Positions 1-13,172 of a stretch of DNA of 64,000 nt are shown here, in pieces. Every line of letters begins with the position of its first letter. Positions within the stretch are counted from its first letter, which is position 1. Location: positions 1-64,000 of the forward strand of contig JAQGDQ010000185.1 in NCBI GenBank assembly GCA_030141605.1. Reading direction: 5' to 3'. Below the pieces are notes generated by a model. The model did no database searches and had not been told where the DNA came from. It saw nothing but the letters and a program-made list of their open reading frames with translations. The translations under genes were made by a program, and so were the position numbers. The stretch comes from Tubiluchus corallicola (Eukaryota > Animalia > Priapulida).

Positions 1-95
1 ATATTATTTTAAATTTCTACTTTTTCTGAAAAAACTTTGGGTGAAAACAACAAGTAACGTGAGTAAGTAAAACGCTGCATTGAACGTACTGAGTG

Positions 96-805
96 TCAAT
101 GATAAAAAGCTAGCGTAGTGATGCACCACCCCGCGATGACACAAGAACTTTTTATTTTCTCTCCAGATTGACAGAAGGTTTCCCGTGTGTCAGACAGAGA
201 TACTGGGTATACAGTGAATTCTTGCTTTCTAATAGTTTGTTTTATATCGCCACTTTTTGATTTGGACTGTGCAACAATCAGACATCTGGCAAAGAGAGCG
301 CATTCTTTCTTGATCTCTTCAATCTGGGAGATTGCTTTGTTAGAATAATATTGCCATATAACAAGCTCCATTTTTCTCGTTGGAGAGCCAGAGGTCACTG
401 TTCCTTTAAGGGATCTCTCCTTTGCAAATCTCTGGCAAGCCTCTTCTGCAAGGATTGTTAAACGGCAACGGTCGCTCACGACATGACAGTTTGACTGATA
501 AGGCCGGTAAGATCCATTCCTTTAACTGCAAATGGGTATTTGACAGACTGGAACACTGTCTTCAGCTTCATATTTTGTTTTTCTGGCCTGTCTTGGAGGC
601 TTGTTGACACTTTATGGTGGTGATTCTCAACACTTTCTAAAGTCCATCCATGATTCTTCTCCAAGACAGGAAGTTCTGGGGCGGTGATGAACAACCATGT
701 CCTGTTTCTTTCGTTTAGTGTGATGCCAGTCGGTCTACCATTCACTTTCGTCCAGCGATTCTTGTGTTCACCGCCAAGGCACCGTCCAAAGCCATAGAAG
801 GACAT
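96..805 (-). mobile_element. Degenerate DNA-transposon ORF fragment, Academ-like (frameshifted)
   Basis: Adjacent minus-strand ORFs 476-805 and 96-479 carry ...NRWTKVNGRPTGITLNERNRTWLFITAPEL...HHH...KQNMKLKTVF..YPF and ...EIKKECALFARCLIVAQSK...EFTVYPVSL. These follow the order of motifs I recall from large invertebrate transposon proteins usually classed as Academ. The frame break indicates decay. Family assignment is from memory. Confidence 0.6.
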
Positions 806-1141
806 ATATAATTTTTGCTGACAACATATTGTCAGCCTTAATTTCCTTCTTGTTAGTCTACTCCAGAATTAAGTCTTCATTTCAGAGTGATACGTAAAAT
901 TGTTCATGAATAGCAAAATAGCATTAAGCAATACGAAAGAGTTAAGTTCGACGGTAGTACAAAAGAAAATACGTGAAGGGATTAAGGGATGGAGGGGCAT
1001 CTTAATATATGTATCAAAAGAAAGGTAGACACACCTCTCATAATAATGTACAGTTATATGAATCCCCAAGGCTCACAAAAGAGAATTCTAAAGCACTTTC
1101 TAATCTTTGACGTAGGCTATATTGTAAAAATAGGTGTTGTC

Positions 1142-1146
<5 letters not shown>

Positions 1147-1176
<30 letters not shown>
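1147..1176. repeat. (AT)n microsatellite
   Basis: Directly visible. Confidence 0.95.
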
Positions 1177-1180
<4 letters not shown>

Positions 1181-2152
1181 GTGTTTAAGGGGTTAAATAT
1201 TGAAATAAAATTCTCAACATGGTTTTTATGACTTCCAAAAAAAGTAAAAAGTGATGGCAAAAAGTTCCCATGTGCACACAGAGTCACTTTTTGTGCCATA
1301 TAGCAACTAACGAATGTTTGCTTGTTTCTAGAAGGTTATGCCTTTATCATTCTATCAGTGGTAACGATTTTCTCAAAAGGTGTTTCATATATTTACGAGA
1401 ACAACTTTTCAAAAAACACATTGAAACAGTACTCCATTATAAAAAAATAAATATTTATTAAGTTTAAAGACCTAAGGCTATTAACCTACATTAAACAATA
1501 TCCAATTTTTTTTAAAACTGTTAAAAGCTTGTATATAAATGATTTAAAAGTGGATAGGATTATTGTTCAAGCATAGTATTGTTTACACATATGATGGGAA
1601 CCTTATAGAAATGAAGAAGCACATTTCTGAGTCAAACATAGCCCTGCATGCCCGTCTCAACGCCCAACATCGTTGAAGTGATTTTGCAACTGTTGAAGAG
1701 ATTTATATATTGATATATTATGCCGAATTGGTAATTTTCGTTGTAATAAACTAACTAATTATTTCTGTCGATCGCACATATACTTTATTTTAAATGGCTT
1801 AATGTAATTCATAAATAATAATTCGCAATTCGTAAAATTAAGGCATGTTATGTTAGCCCGAGCTATTAATGCCATTGCCAGCTAAAATTGTGTTTGTCAA
1901 AATACGCAATTCAGTCGGCTTACAGATACTGACTGATATTAGTTCAGTCAGTACGCAAAGTCACACAGTTTAACTTTCAGTAGCAAAAAGACGCGCTTAT
2001 AGTTGTGAAACAGTTTACGGAATGTCCGCAAATTTTGAACAAATCGGGTCTCAACTATTGTAAAATATGTGACTATATAGGTTTTCAAATCACAGATTAT
2101 CAAATGGATGATTGTGCAATTAAAAGTCAGACAAACTTGTTTTGGAAGGAGT

Positions 2153-2249
2153 TTACAATTCCCTACCCAATTTTTACACCCTAACCCTATCCGTAGCCCT
2201 AATTCTAATCCGCTTCACGAACTAATTTTTTGTTTGTGCGGAATTGTAA
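2153..2249. mobile_element. Small foldback element with degenerate (CCCTAA)n core
   Basis: Inverted repeat TTACAATTCC (2153-2162) / GGAATTGTAA (2240-2249) flanks ccctaaccctatccgtagccctaattctaa. Confidence 0.45.
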
Positions 2250-2269
2250 GATTTAGCTCTTATTTTACA

Positions 2270-2850
2270 CTAGAATAGAACAGAACAGCATACAATTTAT
2301 TTTTTTACTAGGATTTGTATTAAAATTTACTATAATGCAATATTTCCATGATGGTCCATGCATATAATACATAAAATACACTATACATTGTACGTTAGTA
2401 CATAAAATAGATAATTTCAAATAAGTAAAATTAAAATTAGACAAAAAAATTACACATTATCAGTATACATTAAATTGAATTAATAAATACGTTAATGTTA
2501 AAATTTACATATTATCGTCAGAATACTAAACTATTTTTGTTCAAAGTTCACGCCTGCCAATTTTGTGGATGTGCTCTATGGAACCAATTTTATTTATGCA
2601 ATGTAGCTAAAAGTTGCTCTCAAATTCCCAATAATGTAGATCATTAAAATAACTAATTGTGACCGTAGTATAAGTTGGCAAATTGCATGACATTCCAAAT
2701 CATGGAATCATAGTCAGAAAGCCTTTTATAATTTTACTGGGCAGCTGACGAACTTAGCAGAAAAGTCATTCATTACTATTACATACTGTGAAGAGATACA
2801 TAACATCTAATCTGTGGAACAAATGGTTGCGAACATGTTTTGCACTAAAT
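2270..2850 (-). mobile_element. Old LINE (L2/Crack-like) 3' remnant
   Basis: Minus strand gives a degenerate ...HLFHRLDVM...QLP... ORF2 C-terminus-like reading, then a T-rich 3' UTR, AATAAA and a short (TTCTA/TTCTG)n tail at ~2270-2300. Confidence 0.4.
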
Positions 2851-4996
2851 TACTAAAAGCGATTGTGTAAATTAAAAATTATTTCACCAATTGTCTGCTT
2901 TTAATTATTTTTGTGATTTTAATCATGTTAAAACATCTATGTACCGAATATTGTATGTATATATAATATTAATGCGTACGAAATAAACTGTTAAATTCAT
3001 GTTCAATTTCATATAAAATTATGTACCCTATTTTACTTATAAATATCTACAAGCTCAATAAAATATTATATTCTCGGTTTATAAAATGTGTAATTACTTA
3101 TTCTGTAAGTATCGTCTTATTTCCTTTTACTTACTTTATTCTTGTTCCTACCAGCTTTTTAGTTTTTTGCAAGTTTTGTTAAATATGATTTACTTAATTT
3201 TTAAATACACTTTTGTTATTTTAATGAGTTTCATTTATTAACATTTAAGTATTTTTTAAAAATGCATTTGTAGATTTTGCAAGTAAATCTTAAATTAAAA
3301 TCTATATGTCATCGAATAACGTATTTGCGCAGTATACTTATGCATCAACAAAATTGTAGTTTTGTATTTAAAAATAATTAATGTTTTCTTTTCTTTATAT
3401 GTAAAAACAATGAATTCTCTTACCATAGTTAATCCGTTTTGTGGAGTATAGGAGTCTGTGTTCATAAATTTGGTGACGCATATATTTACATTTCGTCAGC
3501 TTTATTGCAGTTATAACTGAGTGGAAAAGGAATTTATAATTTAATTCTAGCGAATCAACGTGACAACTTCAACATAAGATGCGAAGCCATTTTGTTGCAT
3601 TGGACGCGTCACAGACGCCGACATTTTACCCAGCGTAGAAACTAATTCATACAATGTCTGGACCACAGCACACTCAACAGAGGTACAAAACAATACACTG
3701 ATCACTTTACAAAGTTTGCAACTTAAAAGTTCACAAGAAATACTGTTAGTGTGTATGTTCACTCTGCAACTACATCAGTTACACTGACTAAACAAGTTTT
3801 CAGAAGGCAGGGCTTCATGGAAATATACGGCGTTTACGGGATAAACACAGGGAATTTTCTCTAATTGGAGTTGTTAGCGATATTATCTTAAACACTGCCT
3901 TTTCTAATTATATGTTGCGGCGACAGGCAACGATCGAACAATACTGTACTACGTTCAATCGGTTTCTACAGTTTATGATATGTATAATCGATACTTATTA
4001 GATTTAATAATAACAAATGCGTTTGATTTGAATACGCTGCGGCCATTTTGGTGTAATTTTCGCCGTGAGACTTGCGTTTATGGCCGTTCGTTTGCTGCCG
4101 ATGAGGAAATAATACTCCTTGCGTAGGTTATAATAAAATTGCGTGCCAGTAATAATACAATGCAGTACAAAATGATTAACGACCTTGAAATAATAATAAA
4201 ACAATATATGGCTTTTTCTATTAGTCTGGAACCTATCAGGAATGCCATCGGATACGCTGAAAGTTTAAAATGTATGTGTTTGAAGCCAAAATGCTATATA
4301 ATGTACATTTCTTATGCGTGTTTGCCTGAAGTAAAAAATGTAAGAACTAGTCTTATACATAAGTTTTTTATTTAATGATATGGTAGTCAAGGAAGTTATT
4401 TCTTTAGCCCTGTCAGCATTCAGAGTACATTTATACTTTTTATGAAAATTTGAGACAAGCATATTGCTTGGGGGTTTGCATGCATGATCTATTTTATTGT
4501 TTGTCTGACACACGTTGATCTAATTATTAGCCTTAATTTGCTGGTCTACATGAATTATTTTTTAAAAAAGTTGTGTAGTGAACGTTGCGTACCAAATAAT
4601 GACATAATATGTCAGACTCGTTTTTTAGTTAGTTGTTTAGGATTTTGCTTTTATTTTATACAGCAATGAAGAATGTAATCAAAATATAACCTGTTATGTT
4701 AAATTTGTGTTTTTCTACTATATAGGGATTTTTGTAAGACAAAATGGTGGACATATAATTTTATTTTTTTAGTAACTTGTTTGTTATTCATGCGGCACGT
4801 CAGAAATATTCATACTTTTCCATTGATCTGGTGCTTGAAATTAGCACAAAATCAGTTGCACAAAAAATTCTTTTTACAGTAATGAACTACGTCAGCTACA
4901 TCAACTGTTAAAAAATTGCCCAAGGTTGTTGCTATTGATTGAAGTTAAATTTAGATTAGAAGAAAATTAAATAAAAAATGAGGAAAAACGTTGGTA

Positions 4997-5092
4997 GCGT
5001 TTTGCACGCTTGCTGTGCGTTTTGCATGCTTGCTATGCCTTTTTGCATGCTTGCTGTGTCTTTTTGCACCCTTGCTATTTGCACGCTTGCTG
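4997..5092. repeat. ~20-21 bp minisatellite, ~5 copies (GCGTTTTGCAYGCTTGCTRT)
   Basis: Directly visible tandem units. Confidence 0.85.
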
Positions 5093-7924
5093 TGAGACAC
5101 AAACACAGATTTAGGTGATAAGCTTCTTTATACATCTGATCATCCAATTTTTTAAGGAAAGAGTTAAAGAAGATTTGCAAAAAATACTCTGTGCGATCGT
5201 TTATTGTTGGCTCGCTTTCTTTGCTATACCTTTGTATTGCTATACATATAAGCTGTACGTATAGATCATGCAGTTTTTGAAGATCACATTGGCGCCAATT
5301 TCCCCGTGTGTAATTAAGTTATTCAATTTGAATATCTGCCCACGTATTAGTGCAATGTGAGTAGAATTAACTATGAGTTTATTTGTTTTTACTTTTTGAT
5401 GAAATATTTCCGCATTTTCATTTTATCATTTCTATTTGAGCAGCTAACTTACTTTAGATCAGTTTTTGATGTGTGCCAATTTGAAGCTGATACTACAATT
5501 GTAATCTATAGCATTGTGTCAATTAGTCACAATGCACCTGTAGTCATACTGAAAATTGTTCACAATGGACTTGTGCTTTTAATTTCCGTTAATTCTAACA
5601 AATTATGCTCTGTGTAGTTAAGCTCTAATTTTGTTCAGTGTTTTAAAGGGATTCGCTAAAAAGGTTTAAGAATTGGACAAAAGTTAACTTTTTGATTGTA
5701 AAGTTAATTTTTACTGCCTTTTATTTCGTGTGTGTAGTCTAGCAGGAAAAATCGAAAAACACGCGTCAGTACAATTTTAAACATCCACTATTTAGGAGTT
5801 TATTAGTTTAAGATTTGATTTGCAAAAATACATTTTGCATTTTATCTCACTTTTATTATGTTTTTTAAGCCTACAGTTTCTTGTACTTCATTCGCAGTAA
5901 ACTATTTGTAACAGGCCAAATACCAAGCTCTTAGTTTTTCACATAAAAATATATTCAAAACCGTAATTTTTAGCTTTTAAATAAACCTGTTAGTATTGTT
6001 TTTGTGTTCACAAATTAATTTCGTTAAGTTTGCGCTGACGTACTATCAAAGTACCTTTTGTGGAAAATAGGTTCGGGAAAATAAAATTTATATGAACTTT
6101 AATTATTTTAAGGGGATTAACATACAGTCAAATTGCTTATCAAAAATATTTCCACTATGTGCAACAAATCATTTTAGTTGAAAACAGATATATACAATTG
6201 GCTAGTTCGAGAATGTTATTACACAGTTGGTTAAGTCGTTCAAAAATACTCATACTCATAAAATTTTGCTGTTTTAGTTGCTTATATCTTCTTATAATTG
6301 AATTGTTTGGTGTTCAATGATGACTGCAAATTGATAATAGGTGACAGACATTATCATTGCGTTATGACAGATATAGATAAAATTACTACGAAAGTTCTCT
6401 TAAAGAACCAATGTGCATGACGTCATCAAAGAAGCCGCAATTAACTGGCTTCTACTCCACACTTGGTGAAATTCGCATCATTAAATTTAGCTTGTACTAC
6501 GCATTGTCATGCAAAATCCCGTATTCATGTTCACACAATATTACTCATTTTCTCCCGAACAACAAATCACAGTGGGCCGTCTGATCACGTGGTACATTGA
6601 CTGCACACATACATGCATATGTGTTTTACGCGGTGCTGACTAATGCACTGCAATTTTGCGCAATTTCGTGGAAGTAAATGCATATCAATATTGCTGCGCT
6701 AAGGCAATTATCTTCGCCGTGGTTTTCCGCCTAGCCAGCTCTGTTAAAATCCGCCAAATTAGAACGCTTTTGGCAGACAATGGAAATCAACAAGCGGGCG
6801 GGAGGCTGGCATGAATGGCGGACAAATTACCCTCCCCAGTATTCATTAGAATGACTTCAGACGAAGTAGCAAGTGAATCAGCTCGAAGGAAAAGTCAGGA
6901 CGGATTTCTATTGATCTGAGTCAAGAGGCGCCTGTACGAGTGGTTGAAGTCAACTCCTGTTTTAATGACATTTAGTAGTCAGCATATTGTATCTCAAGAA
7001 GAATTGTTTTGCCTTGTCTAAATATCTGAAACTTCTTACAATGTGATGAAAAACCTAATAAGCAGGCTTCACACAAGACAATTATTTATTGTAGCGTTCA
7101 CACGTTTACTGTTCTCAAACACACCAATATAGAAAACAGCAATATGTTGGTTTTTATTTCCGCTGGTTTCTTGACAACGTATTTTAGCCAAAGTCTTGCG
7201 AATGTGCATGGAGCAGACTAGTCATTTTTGGAACTGATTAAAATACTCTTGAGTTATTATCAAGCGCACTTTCAGGTGAAAGTCTAATTCTGCCGTTCCT
7301 ATTTCTGTTCCTGTAGCCATAGACGTTACTGTTGCAACCAGTATCATCATTGTTTTTGTTGCCCTTACTGTAGTTATAGTTGTTAATACTGTTAAAGGTG
7401 ATTAGTAGTTGCTTCAGTTGCTCTTGTTCCTACCGCGGACTCGTTATAAGCATGAAGCCAGTTACTTCAGTATTTAAAATTAGTTGCATAAAAGGAAGCA
7501 AAAGCATTAAATTGCATGTCACCACAGTGCCACAAACTTACACGTTTCATGTTGTCGTCGTCGTTGTATTTCTCAAAACTGAGACATTTTAAACAGAGTG
7601 TGAAGCAGTCAGTTGTGCTAAATTGTGCAATTTTGTTAAAAAGAGTAAATAAGCCAAAGTGTCTTGTTTATGTGACTTTTATTTAGATTTTTGACTTGTA
7701 AAATGTCTCAAAACTGGTTAAATCTATGTTATTGTGAGTGACAAGACAATCAGCTACGTCAAAATGTAGGTTAGTTAGCTAATTTATACTTATACAAATA
7801 TCATAGTGTTAAAATATTTTCATTTAATTTATTTCAAAATTTAACGAACATTGTTTGTGAAAAGTGATTTGTTCGTAAATAAACAGCTAACGAAGATGCA
7901 CGAAAAGGTTTAACAGTACAAAAA

Positions 7925-7966
7925 TTCTTCCTTCTTCTTATCCTTATCCTTATTATTATTATTATT

Positions 7967-8014
<48 letters not shown>

Positions 8015-8040
8015 ACTACGACTACTACTATTATTATTAT
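7925..8040. repeat. Compound microsatellite (TTC)/(TTA)/(TTG)/(CTA)
   Basis: Directly visible. Confidence 0.95.
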
Positions 8041-11000
8041 AATGTTATGACGTTGTTTGCATTTTCCTGTTTACAATAAGTATTGTAGAACATTGATAAA
8101 ACTAGTAGCAATGTAACCAATAAAGGGGACACAAAAAGGTGGTTCATAACACATTTATTTAATAATAATTTTTAATAACTGCAGTTTGTACACTGTACTT
8201 CAGGAAACATTGGCGATCAGCAAGACTCATTTGGGATCACATGTCAATCAGAGTAGTCTAGTTTTTTGAAACTATTGTAAATATATAGAAAAATCATAAA
8301 CACACAATTATTGCAAAACAATCAAACATGCGAAAAGCTTTAAATAAAATTATAGAACAGAGAACATTTTGTCTAAAATTTTGGCAGCATTTTCAACCAG
8401 TACATTCCATTTCGTCTATAGCTCCATTTCCTAAAAACACAACTAACATTAATCCATTTTGAAGCATGAATTATTACTTCGGTATCAACAAAAATGCTAG
8501 GCTGGCAATGAAAAACAAATGAGCATGAGCTTTTTAAACCAATTAACTCAAAAACGATGTTTTATCTGTTTGATGAGTCATCATATGGCAACATTGAGCA
8601 GTCTTACCTAATTTTTTAATGAGTTAGGTCGCAACTTCGATGGCAAACTAAGACGGCGATAACGACAGGGCGGCTGGTATTGAATGACGATGATGATGGT
8701 GATGTTAGTGTTGATTATAAAAGCGACTGTGGCGATTGGCGACGACGATACTGTTCTTACGCTGATTTATGTTGCAAATTGTAGTATGCTGTACTTACTA
8801 AGAAAACGTAAATTTATAGTTCAATACAGTTTAATTTGCGTGGTAATCGTTGGGAAGAAATAACTATGTTTTCCCTAATGTATTAAAACTGTACTTACGA
8901 ATTTTGTATAATCTGGATTTTCACTCGCATTTTGCTTGTGAAATTTCCAGTATAGATTTAAGTGGATGGTAGCTACATAAGTTACCACTAAGAGAATAAG
9001 AACGTGTCCAACTGTTTGTAAAATAGTTAAAATTCGGTTAAGGAGTTTACGACAAAGTTATAGGTTGTAGATTATTTATTAACTTTTCTTTAATACCTTT
9101 ATGTTTACAATGAGAACGACTGATAAAAAGGATATGTTTTTGGAATTTCTTTTAAAGCTTCTGCTGACGCAATTTCTATTAACACTGAAACACAAAAAAT
9201 GCTTTAGCAAAGTTATAAATCAACTTATTATTTTGAAGCTTAAATAAATTTGAAACAATAATCAAAAACGTGAAATGTCAAATGTCAGATTAATAGATAA
9301 CTACAAAGACTCCAATAATGATTATTTTTGTTATGTTTGTCATTTTGAACGCATAATGGCTCCATCTACGTTCCGTAAAACGCGTGAAGCCAAAACACGT
9401 TTAGTGGTACCGTTGATAATGCTGTAATTACACGCTGTAAGACGAAGTCAGTGCACGGTGGCTCCATCTGCCAACTGGTTATGAACTAAAGGAATCTTTT
9501 AATTTGTCAAAACAAAGTTAAAGACATCGCTTGTGTGACGCAGCCGAACCAAGCACAGTACTGCCATCTAGAAGCTGTTTATCAAAATTAAATCATGAAA
9601 TATGCTATACAAGGAAGGTTGAAGCTAAATAACACATTATGACTCACAATGTGAACAAAGTGCTTATATCTTTGTGAATACAGTGTGTTCCGCAAAATAC
9701 TACACACAGTGGCATAAGTTGCAATTAATCGTTTAAAAACTTGGCTTAAAGTGCAGTTGCTTAGAGTATGTTAAAATTATTAAATATTTTATTGACAAAT
9801 TAACCAGCCAGTTAGTGCCACTCGCTATTGATGCAGAGTCACGTGAATATTCAGAATTATAGATACTTACAAAAAGTAATGCGTGTAATAGCCAAAGAAA
9901 TCATGTAAAGAAAGAAAAGTACAGCCGAAACTATTAGCATATTGTGGCAAGAAAGGTAGAGTCTTATGACGTAACAGCACTTTCTGTAGCATGACCAACA
10001 ATGTCTACAGCAACCTGTAAAACAGAATGTTTCAATGACAGCTATAAAAAACCACTAATAGCATATATAAAGGCCTAGGCCATTCAAAGTAAAGGGCTTC
10101 AGTTAAAAAGTTAAAATGTAACAGGTGTCTGGAATAATAATATTCTTATAACTAACTACAGTTTGCTGTAGCGACTTGCACGTATGTCTGAAGTTATTTT
10201 TCTTGAATCAGTAATTAATATAGAAACCATCTTCGGATAAATATAGACCCAAGGAAAATAATTAATGCATCTACCTTAGATTCAGCGTCATATTAAAAAC
10301 TACCATACTGAATTTTCATCGTTTCACGTAGTTCTTTTTATCTGTTATGCTTTGCAATTTATTATTTTTAAAGTAAAATTTTATTTTCTAATTTCTGTTA
10401 TTACTTATGGTAAAGTATTCAAAACCTGCCTTTAAAAATGTAACAAAATTTTAATGACGTTTAACCAGTTTCAACAGACGTTCGATAAGTTAGGGACTGC
10501 AAGTTTCACTACAATTTAACCACCAATTCAGATTTTTTGACAATGCGATTGCAATCTGTCAAGTGAGTTAAGTTTAACTAATTCAGGCATCAGTCAAGGT
10601 CTAGCAGTAGTATTCCTGACAGCAAGATTGGGTAGGGTATAGTTTCAGGGGTTTGGTGTTTTGAATCACGAAAGAGTATCCAGCGATGCCCTACTCTCCT
10701 GTAAGACCTTTCTCCCACCTAAAAGATCGGAACATGTCAAAGCTAACTGAATGAAAGTAAGTAGTTCATAATTATATATATTAGGCAGCCTAGCTGTGTC
10801 TTCGATGCTTTAAAAATTACAAGCCAGTCACGGTTCCTGTTCAAAGTCAATTCAAGAGCCCTCTTCAGCATAGAGGCGCTTGTAATTTATGACCATTATT
10901 GGTATTACGCCAAACAGTGCCATCAGTATGAACAGGAAGCTTAGAGCGCATAGACCTAATAGATCGTTGTTGTTAGAGTTCAGCGATCTGCTGCAGGATC

Positions 11001-11049
11001 TTGAAGGAAATATCAGCACTGGTATCGTATAGAAAAAAGACTGCACCAG

Positions 11050-11084
11050 TCAAGGATGCGAAGTCGACTGTTCTTCGTAGACAC
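11050..11084 (-). CDS. Candidate terminal coding exon of small orphan membrane protein (GVYEEQSTSHP*)
   Basis: Acceptor ttttcaaatcgcaag|GT (weaker AAG type); phase 1 matches the upstream exon; TGA at 11052-11050. Confidence 0.4.
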
Positions 11085-11350
11085 CTTGCGATTTGAAAAC
11101 GTAGGTTTCAAACGTGAGATACAAAAGACAGCGTTATGCCTGTTAAGCCAAATGCCTTTGTATCAGATTTTATCGAAGTTTCTGGATACGTCAAATTTAT
11201 ACCCTCACCAAGAGCTATTTCAATAACAATAAACTGATAAATTTACTAGTGTTTAATACAAAACTGTTTATGAAATATAAATGGGAATCTGATGAAAAAA
11301 GAAATTGGAAACTATGAAAGATAAGTCTGTCAAAATTATAAAAAACTTAC

Positions 11351-11511
11351 CAAGTGCTCTCTCGGAATCGGAATCGGAATCGGTATCTGGTTGAGGAGTT
11401 GAGTCAGGTTTTCGAATTGTAACCGCGACGAAAAACAACACATTCAGCATTAACAAGATTCCTCCAACTATCGGTATGAAAACAGAAAATTTCTGCCCAA
11501 AGAACACAGAG
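11351..11511 (-). CDS. Candidate internal exon: TM helix plus acidic tail (SVFFGQKFSVFIPIVGGILLMLNVLFFVAVTIRKPDSTPQPDTDSDSDSERAL)
   Basis: Acceptor ggtttgtttcag|C (phase 2), donor TTG|gtaagt (phase 1). The hydrophobic run is followed by RK (positive-inside pattern) and GC is above flanks. Confidence 0.55.
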
Positions 11512-12110
11512 CTGAAACAAACCAGCACTAAAATGAATAGCCACGCAATGTGATGTCATCAGTATCAACAATCAGAGACCCTATAATATTTTGATGATAT
11601 AATGTTGATTATAATGAAAGTCTATATAACTGAATTAAGACTTGAAATACAAAAAAATTTTAGTTTTCAAGTTTCAAGTTTATTTTTATTTATTACAACT
11701 GAATGAAGGACTGAATAATCTAGTGATGAATTCGGCGTGCATTTCACAGGTTTTGAGATTGCAGGTTTTCATTTTTTACTTATTTTACGTTATCTGTTTT
11801 GGAGCCGAATCACCCCAGAGTTTACTAAAGCGCATTCGTGATTTGCAAAAATGCTAGTATTGCTATGATTTTCGAAAGTTTTGTTTGTATCAACAATTTT
11901 TTGTTGATGGGCAGCGGGTGCATACCGCTACATTTTCGTGTCTAAGCAAGTACTGTGACCAATCAGCTATTTCTCTCGCCCTTAAGAGTTCGATAAGTAA
12001 AATCTACTGTAAGCATTATGTAAATTATGTAATAGTTATAATTGCAAAAATCCTAGTACTGTGCAAAGTACATTATGTAAGAAACTCATATAGTTCATAG
12101 TTCCGCTTAC

Positions 12111-12329
12111 TCTGCATACAAAAACGAAGCCATAATAAGCCAAAGAATCCAAGTGTGAAGATTTCCCTCTGTCAATCTCGGCCTGTGAAGAGACTGTCTC
12201 GCAGGCATTTGGGATTGTCTTGACAACGCTGAGTTGTTCTTCTCGTTGCAAGCTACACTGGTTGATGATGGTGATGATGCTCTTCTATACGAGCTTACTG
12301 CACTCAGAATTGACGATGGTATTGTTGGA
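12111..12329 (-). CDS. Candidate exon; first in-frame ATG at 12208 (MPARQSLHRPRLTEGNLHTWILWLIMASFLYA)
   Basis: Acceptor ctttttag| at 12330 and donor AGA|gtaagc at 12110. The 219-nt exon is open in only one frame, and its phase-2 end joins exon 11511 in frame. The frame is also open upstream of the ATG, so the true start may lie in an earlier exon. Confidence 0.5.
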
Positions 12330-12844
12330 CTAAAAAGTTTACATTAATGATAATCATTTAATGATGAATTTTATAGCTAATGCTGAGTGTAACCTTTACC
12401 ATTTGTTGGGGGGGGGGGCGATGCAAAAAACAACGAGTAGTATTAAATAGTAACGTATTGCTCTCAGGCATTGCTGAATCAATAGAGAATCTATTACACC
12501 CGTGTCTTAAAAATCACTATGCACTTTGAATATTAATATTCTTTTTAAATGTTTCTCCGATCTTAGCAACTTCTTACGTGAATCAATCGGGGCCTTTGGC
12601 AATTCTTTTTACTATTTGTTGACCGGAACCCCAATGTTATGACGACGACTTCAACTCTAGAGATGAAGTGCAAAACTACCTTGGAGTGATGTACTTTGAT
12701 CACCTGAACTGAAGTTCAGAGGAAAATCAGCTCACCATATAAACCCCACTATTCTCTCACTGTTAACAATGTGGCTTTTCAACAAGGTGCTGCTCTTCTT
12801 CACTACTCATGGTTATGGGTTGTGAGAGACTTTCTTAAAGCAAG

Positions 12845-13172
12845 ATGTCCGATTTGCCATTGGATTTGTCTCTGAAACTCTTGAGGTTCCTGAAGAAGGT
12901 AAGAAAAACTGCAAAAACCTACTAACACAGTAGTTGTTTTCAGATTTTCGCCCAATTTGACTAACATAATCGACCAAGGCTTTACTTCATCTGTATAAAT
13001 TTTGATACAATTTTCTTTGTTAAAAAAATTAGACAGCCTGTATTTAGTGTTGAACCCTCTTATATTTCTCCAGGTTGCAATTTTGAGAAGAAGCGACCAG
13101 GGTCCAACTCCAACACATCTTACAAATGTTTCGCAAGCTTGTTTTTTTATATCGATCAGTGGTGTGTTATAG
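12845..13172 (+). CDS. Candidate spliced smORF (12845-12898 + 13074-13172), 50 aa, with PLDLSLK motif
   Basis: ATG with A at -3, donor AAG|gtaaga, acceptor tatatttctccag|, phase 0. Product MSDLPLDLSLKLLRFLKKVAILRRSDQGPTPTHLTNVSQACFFISISGVL*. Confidence 0.25.

Noticed and set aside
4997-5092. CRISPR-like array
   Set aside because: Head-to-tail minisatellite without unique spacers, in a eukaryotic context with no cas genes
10620-11052. UGA at 11052-11050 as selenocysteine
   Set aside because: No convincing SECIS in the downstream minus-strand sequence (the only RUGA..AA..GA candidate near 10800-10830 has too short a helix) and no redox-motif context
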